Source of the DNA: a virus
Lineage: Duplodnaviria; Caudoviricetes
IMG/VR virus record: IMGVR_UViG_3300020470_000052
Location: 1 to 40,342 of that record
Reading direction: 5' to 3' (one strand)
DNA length: 40,342 bases
In this document: piece by piece, positions 26,801 through 35,622 of the stretch
How positions within the stretch are numbered: position 1 is the first letter of the stretch
Layout of the letters: each line of letters begins with the position of its first letter
Made by a program: the position numbers and the translations under genes
The notes under the pieces: model-generated
What the model was told of the DNA's origin: nothing
Database searches by the model: none
The model's input: the letters and a program-made list of their open reading frames with translations, nothing else

Positions 26801-29800
26801 AACAGGCATATAAATATTGGAAGGAGAATGGTGAGTTTCCTACAGAGATAGGTATCGGTGACGCAGCACAAGCAATTGATCGTAACTTCAAAATGTATAA
26901 CCGATTAATTAAAGAAAAGGGATTTGCAGAGTTAGAAGAATATATGAAGACTATGCATACAGTTAAAGAAATAGAAACATATACAGGTGACGAAGTAAGT
27001 GGGTTAAATAAAACTGACATGGCCTATGGTGCAGCAGTAATGGGGCCAAAAATTGGTAATGGATTCTTTGCAAATTTATACGGTAATTATGAACAGTTAA
27101 CTATGGATAGATGGTTGATACGGACATGGGGTCGTATGACAGGAACATTAGTTATTGATTACAGAAAACAAGCAAAAGTAAAACGTGGGCAGCTTAAACA
27201 ATTAATAAAAGCATTATCTCTAAAAGACAAAAAGAGATTAGAAGCAATTATAAATACAAAAATTAGGTTATCGGATTTAGACGGAGCGGCTGTTGCCATA
27301 CAAAGAGCAAGTACTAAAAAAAGCAATAGGACGTTAATGAATGAAATCGCAACAGTTGTAGAAGAGCCAGAAAGAAAACAATTTTTACTTGACCTACTAG
27401 GCAAACCCCAGAAAAGATATCCACAGGTCAGTATTGGGGGTGAGATAAGGAAAGGTGGTAATGCCTTAGCAAAATATAATGACGGTCAAAAAGAGACACC
27501 TAGCGGAGCACCAGAGAGAAGAAATATAACCAATGTTTTCACGCAGGTGTTGAGCACCTTGCAACAGGAGCAGCCAGATCTTACAATGGCAGACCTACAG
27601 GCTCTGCTTTGGTATCCCGAAAAACGTCTTTATGATTCTGCCAAATTAGATGCAGATGAATTAGTCAGGGGTTACGAAGCCGATGAAGCACCTGATTACG
27701 CTAATGCTTCTGTTAATTTAGCTAGACAGCTAGGAGTAGCAGAAGCTGACATCCAAACAACACTAGAGGAGGTTACTAATGTACTCGAACGTAAGGCAAC
27801 TGAGCGAACAGCAGATCGCAAACGAGGAGAAGGAGGAGATGGAGGAGTACGAGAGACTGGTATTAAAACAGACGAATCCACAGGACTCCCCCTCAACCCA
27901 GATGGAACCGTCACCGTCTACCATCACACCGACAGAAAATCAGCCAGTCGAATCGAATCTACAGGTGAACTCAGAAGTGCTGGAGAACCTGATGTCTATG
28001 TTTCCACCAGAGCTATCGCAGATACTGGTTATGGCGATACAGCAGTTGCCATCAGGGTCGAACCTTCTCGACTTAGTCTCGATGATGAATTCCCTGACGG
28101 ACGAAGAGATTTCAGACTCTCAGTTGGAAAGCCTGGAGGATCTGTTCGAGTAAAGGTAGGAGAATATTCACAGCAACCAGAAGTATTTAGGCAATCGGGT
28201 GATGGCACTTCTCCTGAAATTGACACCAGAGGCAAAGGTGAGTTTTATCATGGAAGTGCTACTGAGATAGAACTATTTGAAGGTGGTGAGTTTAGTACTG
28301 ATCAAAATATTTATGGCCCCGGTTTCTATGCAACAGACGATCTCGTAACAGCAGGTAAATATCAAAAGAAAAATAGAAAGAGTGATAAGCCTAAGCTTAG
28401 TGATTACACATGGAAAGAAAACCCAGAAGAAGCTTATCAAGCAGATTTGGCTGCATGGGAACAATCCAGAAAACCTACTATTTACAAAGTAACAGAGAAA
28501 AAACCTGTTAAGTTCTATGATCTCGACCAGCCTATATCTGATGATTTAAAAGAATTTATAAAAAATTATGATGACGAGTTCGCTAATGAAATCGTTTATC
28601 TTTCTGACGATGAGTTGGGGGATAATTATACATTAGCCCAGCTATATGATGAAATTCGTGAGCAGGCAAATGCAAATGAAGTTACTGCAAGTACTGTAAC
28701 TTTTGAAATTTTCCCTGATTTTGAAGACTTCTTAAAGGAGAAAGGCTTTGGTGGTTTTACTCATCAAGGAGGGAAATTAGCTGGTAAAGGTAAACGCATT
28801 CATCAGGTAAGAATTTACTGGGATCCTGCTAATACCATTGATATAAACAAAGTAGATGAAGTTCAAAATCAAGGTGATGCAAGAGGTGGGTTCGATCCAA
28901 AAACATTAACTACTTTTCTACATAAGGAAGCTGACATCTCTACGTTCTTCCATGAGACAGCACATTTCATGCTAACTGTCACTGAAGACTTAGTACTCTC
29001 AGGGCAGGCGACACCAGATATTCAAAAAGATTTTGAAGTGTTATTAGATTTCTGGGGAGTTGAAAGTGTAGATGCATGGCGCAACCTTTCATTTGATGAA
29101 AAAAGAAAACACCACGAAGCATTTGCATATAACTACGAAGTCTATTTAATGGAGGAGAAGGCTGCACCTAGTGTTGAGTTGCAAGATGTGTTTACTAGAT
29201 TTGGTAATTTTGTACGAAACGTATATAGGTCAATTACTGAGTTAAATAAATTATATAGAGACGAAAATGGTACTGATCTTCCTGTCTTAACTGATGACGT
29301 TAGGGCTGTAATGGATCGCATGGTTGCTAGTGAAGACCAAATAACATATTCACAAAGAGTATATGAAATGCGTCCTATGTTTGAGACACAAGAACAAAGC
29401 AATATGGATGATGCAACGTGGCAAGAATATAGAGATGCAATAGAAAAAGCTAAAGATGAAGCTATCGATACTTTGAATAAAAGTAGTTTAAAAGAGATAT
29501 CATTGTTAGATACTAAAGGTAAGTCCTTACAGAAATTACAAGACAAAGAGATTAGAGAAACTCGTAAGAGAATAAAGGAAGAAGAAACTGTTAAAGCTGA
29601 GAATGAGACTTTATATAAGTTGGAAAGATTCTTGAAGAAAGGGGAATGGAATGATAAAGATGATAATCCGTTTAAATCAGCAGGAACACATAAGTTAGAT
29701 ATAGAGAGCATTCGCAATCTTGTACCATCTCATGATATGAAGTCAGAAATAAAAGCGTTAGGTACAGGTAAATGGGGCATGGTTGGTAAAAACGGTTTAC

Positions 29801-32800
29801 CTGTAGAAATGGTTGCAGAATTGTTTGGCTTTGAAACAGCAGGAGAGATGATTGATGGATTAATAGCCTTAGACCCAATAAAAGAAGTTATAAAAGAACG
29901 TACAGATGAACGGATGATTAGTGAGTTTAGTGATCTAACTGATCCTAAAGAGCGAGAATTAAAAGTACAACAGGCATTAAATAACAAAGCCAGAGCAAAA
30001 TTCTTAGCTATTGAATTAAAGTTCTTAACTAAATCAACGCAGCCAGTGCGTATGCAGGTTGCAGCCGCTAGACAGGTGGCAAAGAGTATTTTAAGGAAAA
30101 CAAGAATTAAAGATATACGGCCAGTAAAGTATGCACAAAATCAGAAAAGGGCAATAAAAGATTTAGAAAAAGCCATGAGAACTGGCGATGATCGAGGGGC
30201 TATAGAGGCAAAACGATCAGAGTTAATAAATAGCCAGCTAAATCGTGAAGCCACAAATATACTTGAAGAATATAATAAGGCAGTAAAAAGATATAAAAAC
30301 CTATTCAAAAGATCTGATGAAAAAATAGGTAAAGCTAGATATAGAACCGTAGATTATGTAAATGCAGCGCAGGAGATATTATCACATTACGGCCTTGGAC
30401 CTCAGTTAGAAGAAGGCACTTCTTTTGTTGATAACTTAAAGAAATATGATGAACACATTTGGGAAGAAGTAAGAGACATTATCTCAGATACGCAACGGTT
30501 GCCAGGACGTGAACTTAAAGACCTAACCTTACAAGATTTCAATACATTAGATGAAGTAATCGAGTCCTTGTTGTATCAAGCGAGGCGAGATATGCAGTTC
30601 AAAGTAGAGGGCGAATTAAGAGAAAGAGAGGAAGTCTCAGGTGAACTAGTTACAGCTTTGAACAATATGGACGCACGAGCGTCTATTGCATATGGGGAAG
30701 CAGGGCAGACAAAGTGGTGGGAAAGAATGATATCAGGACTTGAAGGCTTGAAGGCAATGTTAAGGCGTGTTGAACATTGGTGCGACAGTAAAGACGGTGA
30801 AGTTGGAATACATGCAGGTGATAAATCATATGCAAGAGAAATACGAGGTGGTGGACTTTTAGGAGGTGGCGTTCTCGTAAAGAAAGAAGGTGAGGCTGCT
30901 GGTCCGTTTACAAGATATATTTGGCGGACTTTAAAAGATCCTATTAATAAGTGGCGTTCTGAAAGACCTAAGTGGACAGGCCGTTATGTTGATTTATTAG
31001 AACGAGTAGATTGGAGTCAAATAAAAATTAGTGCTCCAGAATTAGTTAATAAAAAAGGTATCCATTATGTATTTGGTCGTGAAAGAGGTATGGGTAAAGC
31101 TGAATTATTAGGTGCGATGCTTCATACAGGAAACAAAGGTAATTTAACAAAACTACTTGTCGGGAGAGAATGGGGAGAAATTAGAGAAGACGGAACATTA
31201 GATAGTTCTAAATGGGATAGATTTGTAGATCGTATGATTGAGGAAGGACATATCACAGAGAAAGATCTTCAATTTTTACAAGACGTATGGGATCTAAACG
31301 AAGAGTTGCTCCCACTAACACAGAGAGCACACAAAGATGTCTTTGGATATTATTTTAAAACAATAGAAGTTACTCCTTTAGTTACTAAATTCGGAACATT
31401 CAGAGGTGGTTATGTACCTGCTGTAGCAGATCCAGAAATGAGCAAAAGAAAATTATCTTTAGATGAAGAGATTAAGCTCATCAAAGATGAAATGAAATAC
31501 GCAGCACCTGCTGTAGAAAGAGGATTTACAAAACCAAGAACACAAGCAATGAGGCCATTGAGTTTAAATTTAGGTTTACAAGCAGCACATTTAGACAATG
31601 CTTTACGCTTTGCTTATATACAGCCTGCTATAACAGATTTACTTAGATTATTTAGAGATAAAAAGTTTGCAGATGCATTAAATCGTGTTGATGATCACGC
31701 AATGAAAAATATGTTCATGCCTTGGTTAAGAAATGCTGCTTCCCAGAAAACAACGCTTGGTAATAACACACTCCTTGATAAAGCTACTACTCGCATGACA
31801 AAGAGCACAAGCTTGAATTATATGTTCTTTAGTCTTAAGAATGGTATGCAACAACTCACAGGTAAATTACCTGCAAGGTTGAAAATAGAGCATAAATATT
31901 TAAACGATGCGTTTAGAAGATATACCAGAGAACCTCATAAAGTAGCCAAAGAAGTAGCTGAGATGTCACCGTTCATGCGTGATCGTCAAATTAACCAGAT
32001 GTTTGACGTACAAGATACAATGAATGATCTAATACTTAATCCTCAGAAATACGAGAAATTCCAGAAGTGGGTAGCGAAGAATGCATATTTTGTTCAACAA
32101 GCTTTCCAGAATTATGTAGACAGTGTTGTTTGGATAGCTAAATACAATCAGGTGTTAACAAATGCACCGAAGACAATGACAGAAGCACAGATACATGCAG
32201 AAGCAATTCAGCAGGCAGATGGTGCTGTTCGTATGACGCAAGATAGTTTATTACCAGAAGACGTAGCGGCCTATCAGATCAATCATCCGTTCTATAAGGC
32301 GGTATTCCAATTCACAAGCTATTTCAACGCACAAGCAAATCTGAACGCAACGCAATATAAAGCATTGATCAAAGAATTAGGATGGAATTCTAAACAATTT
32401 AGTGGTCAAATACTCTTTGCATTCTTGTTTGGATTTGTATTACCTGCTCTTGTTTCTGAAGGTATACAGGAGCTTGCAACTGGTGGTTTAGCTGATGAAG
32501 ACGAGGACGGCTATATTGATGAATTCTTTGAATTTGGATATATGTCACTCTTTAGATATGGCAGCGCATTCATACCAACTGGTAGTTCGTTCTTAATGGT
32601 TCCTCTTAATATGCTTGATGACAAACCATATAATGATCGTATAACTATCAGTCCATCAATATCATTAATAAATTCTACGATGCAAGGTACAACAAGAATG
32701 CTTGTAAATTTAGCTACTGGGAAAGAAGTAAAAGGCAATGAAGTAAGAAGCGTTATAACTCTCATGGGTCTAATAGGCAACTTACCCTTATATCCATTTG

Positions 32801-32916
32801 CAAAATCTATTGGTTTGTTGCACGACCTTAAGGATGGCAGATGGGTTCCACATGGACCTGTTGATTTAATTCGAGGTCTAGTAACGGGTCAAGCAGGCGA
32901 AGGAAGGAGGAAATAA
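23860..32916 (+). CDS. Giant internal virion protein (3018 aa), polyvalent type with ART-like, HhH-like and metallopeptidase domains
   Basis: T7 gp16-like position; Gly/Ala membrane-like segments at both ends; central enzymatic domains; HETAH motif. Confidence 0.88.
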   Translation: MTNIYAQYLEENTLEKAPSQNLGKDVFTSENETPGFNVYQEFFKEEERSINNQVKRSLQLVMEKDPDMVGEGLHLANELGLDRNFALDSDEAIKLMREKKRRDRIESLELAKYSPILHRQLTDPTFAALAYDNIDNLQGLEKLFDDFKSIPENISQGWAKGRLQVRRGHIGTEKFLWGNTDEALDDELAEIDERLAAFEADGTGIFEEGFSIFGQYSKTLPRAFVAGGAGAATGAAAGSWTGPGSLITAKGGFILGFMSSLAADSFSIEGGNTYLELRAENFDPTLSRNIAIGVGLTSMALELWGASLFTAPLRKYLAQQTTKQVVKQLAKPSGKAALTQYLTTWAKGSTQESLTEAAQTLSQILGREIAVLYDDREDINSRFTTLEGIRGVAAELAMTFYRSMQGMVLVGGLTGAPTFISDAKKSQNAKKEEAFFNELENKVNTSKLKERSQEEFQNVTQTMGDEKGVREIYVDSNAFTNSMRQAGITIEDVEQVSPMVAEQLKELEKSGTISGGDVVIPIGEYSAKLVGTDFDNILKQHRRLDKEDSFSREENTYYEANKEKLEKEANEILTKTQSKNKEFKDSAAKVKKDFGNMVRASMSHLAKPYTKKDIRYISSFYQAYVVTQANKLGILPTEFAKRFPYRVVGTDQVQISPEEQLFSQDGTVKTDSAAFKNWFGKSIFKDEKGNPRVLYHGTKDSFNEFKLDHPNRKDYGWLGRAVYLNDGDKAADWAKANALNKKGGKDSLQVMPLYVRLENPYYAKAEEKNANRLGGENAAKGFQDRLIAEGYDGVILKDERPGFADEVAVFDPAAVKSPSNDGTWSREIANIYKQQEQELLEQRGRQKRGKPVPQAVHQIASLVETFNFAKGKPFGKMRDFKLEIQKRVNDEAKKARVDLSENTVERDKYLVQTVLADARYALSENDNAIGWYDTTLTKAKAILSQIHPELATDPESNFAFVYALANTSNMIKVDKNLELAEQAYKYWKENGEFPTEIGIGDAAQAIDRNFKMYNRLIKEKGFAELEEYMKTMHTVKEIETYTGDEVSGLNKTDMAYGAAVMGPKIGNGFFANLYGNYEQLTMDRWLIRTWGRMTGTLVIDYRKQAKVKRGQLKQLIKALSLKDKKRLEAIINTKIRLSDLDGAAVAIQRASTKKSNRTLMNEIATVVEEPERKQFLLDLLGKPQKRYPQVSIGGEIRKGGNALAKYNDGQKETPSGAPERRNITNVFTQVLSTLQQEQPDLTMADLQALLWYPEKRLYDSAKLDADELVRGYEADEAPDYANASVNLARQLGVAEADIQTTLEEVTNVLERKATERTADRKRGEGGDGGVRETGIKTDESTGLPLNPDGTVTVYHHTDRKSASRIESTGELRSAGEPDVYVSTRAIADTGYGDTAVAIRVEPSRLSLDDEFPDGRRDFRLSVGKPGGSVRVKVGEYSQQPEVFRQSGDGTSPEIDTRGKGEFYHGSATEIELFEGGEFSTDQNIYGPGFYATDDLVTAGKYQKKNRKSDKPKLSDYTWKENPEEAYQADLAAWEQSRKPTIYKVTEKKPVKFYDLDQPISDDLKEFIKNYDDEFANEIVYLSDDELGDNYTLAQLYDEIREQANANEVTASTVTFEIFPDFEDFLKEKGFGGFTHQGGKLAGKGKRIHQVRIYWDPANTIDINKVDEVQNQGDARGGFDPKTLTTFLHKEADISTFFHETAHFMLTVTEDLVLSGQATPDIQKDFEVLLDFWGVESVDAWRNLSFDEKRKHHEAFAYNYEVYLMEEKAAPSVELQDVFTRFGNFVRNVYRSITELNKLYRDENGTDLPVLTDDVRAVMDRMVASEDQITYSQRVYEMRPMFETQEQSNMDDATWQEYRDAIEKAKDEAIDTLNKSSLKEISLLDTKGKSLQKLQDKEIRETRKRIKEEETVKAENETLYKLERFLKKGEWNDKDDNPFKSAGTHKLDIESIRNLVPSHDMKSEIKALGTGKWGMVGKNGLPVEMVAELFGFETAGEMIDGLIALDPIKEVIKERTDERMISEFSDLTDPKERELKVQQALNNKARAKFLAIELKFLTKSTQPVRMQVAAARQVAKSILRKTRIKDIRPVKYAQNQKRAIKDLEKAMRTGDDRGAIEAKRSELINSQLNREATNILEEYNKAVKRYKNLFKRSDEKIGKARYRTVDYVNAAQEILSHYGLGPQLEEGTSFVDNLKKYDEHIWEEVRDIISDTQRLPGRELKDLTLQDFNTLDEVIESLLYQARRDMQFKVEGELREREEVSGELVTALNNMDARASIAYGEAGQTKWWERMISGLEGLKAMLRRVEHWCDSKDGEVGIHAGDKSYAREIRGGGLLGGGVLVKKEGEAAGPFTRYIWRTLKDPINKWRSERPKWTGRYVDLLERVDWSQIKISAPELVNKKGIHYVFGRERGMGKAELLGAMLHTGNKGNLTKLLVGREWGEIREDGTLDSSKWDRFVDRMIEEGHITEKDLQFLQDVWDLNEELLPLTQRAHKDVFGYYFKTIEVTPLVTKFGTFRGGYVPAVADPEMSKRKLSLDEEIKLIKDEMKYAAPAVERGFTKPRTQAMRPLSLNLGLQAAHLDNALRFAYIQPAITDLLRLFRDKKFADALNRVDDHAMKNMFMPWLRNAASQKTTLGNNTLLDKATTRMTKSTSLNYMFFSLKNGMQQLTGKLPARLKIEHKYLNDAFRRYTREPHKVAKEVAEMSPFMRDRQINQMFDVQDTMNDLILNPQKYEKFQKWVAKNAYFVQQAFQNYVDSVVWIAKYNQVLTNAPKTMTEAQIHAEAIQQADGAVRMTQDSLLPEDVAAYQINHPFYKAVFQFTSYFNAQANLNATQYKALIKELGWNSKQFSGQILFAFLFGFVLPALVSEGIQELATGGLADEDEDGYIDEFFEFGYMSLFRYGSAFIPTGSSFLMVPLNMLDDKPYNDRITISPSISLINSTMQGTTRMLVNLATGKEVKGNEVRSVITLMGLIGNLPLYPFAKSIGLLHDLKDGRWVPHGPVDLIRGLVTGQAGEGRRK
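25852..26340 (+). other. ART-PolyVal-like ADP-ribosyltransferase domain 1
   Basis: FKNWFGKS...PRVLYHGT...GRAVYL...MPLYVRLENPY...GYDGVIL...EVAVFDPAAVKS. Confidence 0.82.
26620..27650 (+). other. HhH-GPD/DNA-glycosylase-like domain (approximate bounds)
   Basis: GWYD...ALANTS...N; GPKIGNGFFANL...LTMDRWLIR; ADLQALLWY. Confidence 0.5.
27883..28165 (+). other. Minimal ART-fold-like domain 2
   Basis: TVYHHT...ASRIESTGEL...DVYVST...YGDTAVAIRV...LDDEFPDGR. Confidence 0.55.
28231..28855 (+). other. ART-PolyVal-like domain 3
   Basis: FYHGS...YGPGFYATDD...AGKY...IYKV...YDLD...GFGGFTH...HQVRIYWDP. Confidence 0.72.
28873..29340 (+). other. Zincin-like metallopeptidase domain (approximate bounds)
   Basis: ARGGF...ADISTFFHETAHF (HExxH at 28951-28965)...HEAFA downstream Glu. 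Confidence 0.7.
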
Positions 32917-32918
32917 AG

Positions 32919-32952
32919 GTGTGACCGTAATGTGGAAGTTCAGTTGTACCCT
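32919..32952 (+). promoter_or_regulatory. Late promoter candidate, copy 4
   Basis: GTGTGACCGTAA (32919-32930), 16 nt, TACCCT (32947-32952). Confidence 0.75.
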
Positions 32953-32979
32953 TGTTAAGATGGTGAAAAAATTTAGTTA

Positions 32980-35613
32980 ATGACTATAAATTCGACCACA
33001 CGGAAGACGAGCGCACTTGTCGGTAATGGGAATACTGCTACATATCCTTTTGCATTTAAAGTTTTTACGGATGCAGATGTCGTTGTAAAGAAATTAGAGG
33101 CTGCTACAAGTATTGAAACTACACTCACTCTTGGTGCAAGCAATGATTATATAGTTACTCTTAGTGCAGACCAGGACAGCAATCCTGGCGGAAGTATAAC
33201 TTTAAGATCAGGAGGTAGTGATCAGAATCTACCTAGTGGTTTCAGTATCGTTATTACGTCTGCTGTAGAGCCATTACAAGGTACAGATCTTACAAACCAA
33301 GGTGGATTTTATCCAGAAGTTATAAACGATGCCTTAGACAAAGCAGTCATATTGCATCAACAACAACAAGATGAAATAAATAGGTCAATTAAATTCTCGT
33401 TAACGAACACTATTGGTAGTTTAGAAATTAATGAAAATGCTGCTGCTCGTAAAAATAGAGTTTTAGGTTTTGATAATTTAGGTGAATTTGAAGTATTAAA
33501 AGAACTAGGGACTTACCGTGGCAACTGGGCTGCAAGCACTTCTTATACTGTAAGAGATCTTGTAAAAGATACGTCAACAAATAATATTTTCTTTTGTAAT
33601 ACAGCGCATACGTCTTCCGGCGCACAGCCTTTAACAACTAATACACATTCAGCTAATTGGGATCTTATTGTTGACGCAGCTTCAGCTACAACTTCTGCAA
33701 ATAATGCAGCGTCATCAGCGGCAGCGGCAGCTACTAGTGAAACTAATGCAGCTAACAGTGCATCAGCCGCAGCAACATCTGAAACAAATGCAGCGACATC
33801 AGAAACAAATGCAAACACACATAAAAATGACGCACAAACTGCAAAAACAGCAGCCGAGACAGCTCAAACGGCTGCGGAAACCGCAAAAACAGCAGCAGAA
33901 ACTGCACTAGATTCTTTTGATGACAGGTACTTAGGTGTTAAATCTTCTAATCCTACTCTTGATAATGACGGTAATGCATTAATAGACGGAGCCTTATATT
34001 TTAATGGAACAAGTAATATAATGAGGGTCTATGACCTTGGTAATACTGCTTGGTTAGATTGCAATATCACAGGGTCTGATTTAACAAATACTAATATAGT
34101 CGCAGGATCAATAACGAACGTCAATAATGTTGGTGGATCTATAGCAAACGTCAACACCGTAGCGACTAATATCAGTGACGTTAATACGGTTGCAGCAGAT
34201 ATAGCGAAAGTAGTCACCGTAGCTAATGACTTAAATGAAACAGTTTCTGAAATAGAAACAGCAGCAGCAGATTTACAAGAAACAACTTCTGAAATAGACA
34301 CAGTTGCAAACGCCATTACGAACGTAGATAACGTTGGTAACAACATCTCTAATGTCAATACAGTCGCAGGTATTTCAAGTGATGTCACTGCGGTCGCAGG
34401 TAACAATGCAAATGTCACTACGGTTGCTGGCTCAATTACAAACGTCAATAACGTTGGCGGCAGTATTGCAAATGTAAATACTTGCGCTAATAATCTTACT
34501 GGTATTAACTCTTTTGCAGCAAGGTATAGGACAGACAACACAGGAAATAATCCATCAACAGATTTAGATTCTGGTGATTTATTTTATAACCAAGTGAGCG
34601 AGAAACTTCTTGTATATAGCGGTTCCGCTTGGGAAGAGACTCAAACTGTTGGTAGCTTCTTTATAAATACAATATCTAGCTATAGCGGCACTGGTGGTAA
34701 TAGCGCAACGTTTGACGGTACTGCTTATAAATTCACACTAAGCAATGCAGGTGCTTTTGCACAGCAGATGATTGTCAGCCTTAACGGTGTGATCCAAAAA
34801 CCAAATTCGGGTACGGGTCAACCTAGCGAAGGCTTTGCTTTAGATGGTGCAAACATTGTATTTTCTACTCCACCTCCAGCTAATTCACCTTATTTTATTA
34901 TCACTATTGGTTCATCTGTAAGTATTGGAACTCCAAGTGCTGGAACAGTAGACGGGTCAAAATTAGATGTAAGTAATGCAGGGACTAATGGTCAGGTTCT
35001 ATCTAAGAGTGCGACAACAGAAGGATTAACTTGGGTTGATGCAGCATCAGAAGGAACAGATGTTAAATCAACTGGAGAAACTGGAGGATCTAAATATCTA
35101 CGTGAAGATGGTGATGGTACTTGTTCATGGCAATCCGTACCAGCAGGGGTAGGTGGTGCTAATCCTGTTCAGTTTGACGATGATGTAAGTATAAAACTCG
35201 GAGATGGATCATATGGAGAAATGCTTATATTCTCCGATGGTAATAAAGGTGTACTAAGATCAGGTTCTTCACCAGGTGAAATACATATTCAAAATAATGG
35301 GCTTTCCATCGAAACAATGGCTAAGTTCATTGGAGATGGAGCTGTAGAGTTAAATCATAATAATTCTAAGAAGTTTGAAACAACTGCAACTGGAGTAACA
35401 GTAACAGGAACACTAGCCGCAACGGCTCTTACAGGTGATGGTTCAGCTCTAACAGGAATAGCCGCTACTACTCTTGATGGTTGTGGCTACCAGAATGATC
35501 AGACAATTTCAGCGGGTTCGTATACGATACCGGCAGGGAAAGGTGTTCACTCGGTGGGACCAATTACCAACAATGGAACCGTTACTGTTAACGGACGCTG
35601 GATTATCAGTTAG
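32980..35613 (+). CDS. Tail fibre protein
   Basis: GNGNTATYPFAF N-terminal anchor, Ala-rich and N/V/T repeats, GDLFYN, KKFETTATG fibre motifs. Confidence 0.88.
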   Translation: MTINSTTRKTSALVGNGNTATYPFAFKVFTDADVVVKKLEAATSIETTLTLGASNDYIVTLSADQDSNPGGSITLRSGGSDQNLPSGFSIVITSAVEPLQGTDLTNQGGFYPEVINDALDKAVILHQQQQDEINRSIKFSLTNTIGSLEINENAAARKNRVLGFDNLGEFEVLKELGTYRGNWAASTSYTVRDLVKDTSTNNIFFCNTAHTSSGAQPLTTNTHSANWDLIVDAASATTSANNAASSAAAAATSETNAANSASAAATSETNAATSETNANTHKNDAQTAKTAAETAQTAAETAKTAAETALDSFDDRYLGVKSSNPTLDNDGNALIDGALYFNGTSNIMRVYDLGNTAWLDCNITGSDLTNTNIVAGSITNVNNVGGSIANVNTVATNISDVNTVAADIAKVVTVANDLNETVSEIETAAADLQETTSEIDTVANAITNVDNVGNNISNVNTVAGISSDVTAVAGNNANVTTVAGSITNVNNVGGSIANVNTCANNLTGINSFAARYRTDNTGNNPSTDLDSGDLFYNQVSEKLLVYSGSAWEETQTVGSFFINTISSYSGTGGNSATFDGTAYKFTLSNAGAFAQQMIVSLNGVIQKPNSGTGQPSEGFALDGANIVFSTPPPANSPYFIITIGSSVSIGTPSAGTVDGSKLDVSNAGTNGQVLSKSATTEGLTWVDAASEGTDVKSTGETGGSKYLREDGDGTCSWQSVPAGVGGANPVQFDDDVSIKLGDGSYGEMLIFSDGNKGVLRSGSSPGEIHIQNNGLSIETMAKFIGDGAVELNHNNSKKFETTATGVTVTGTLAATALTGDGSALTGIAATTLDGCGYQNDQTISAGSYTIPAGKGVHSVGPITNNGTVTVNGRWIIS
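33685..34490 (+). repeat. Protein-level repeats in the fibre shaft
   Basis: AAATSETNA and AQTAKTAAET repeats (about 33700-33910); about 10-aa I.NVN.V(A/G) repeats (about 34090-34490). Confidence 0.75.
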
Positions 35614-35622
35614 TATTTAATT

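Noticed and set aside
27779-28153. 124-aa alternate-frame ORF inside the giant gene
   Set aside because: No recognisable motif; likely a by-product of locally higher GC.
33685-34490. Repeats as a possible CRISPR array
   Set aside because: Degenerate in-frame coding repeats without a fixed repeat-spacer structure.
34029-34541. Long antisense ORFs over the fibre and giant genes (also 29142..29717, 24363..24755)
   Set aside because: Shadow frames of repetitive or codon-biased coding sequence.
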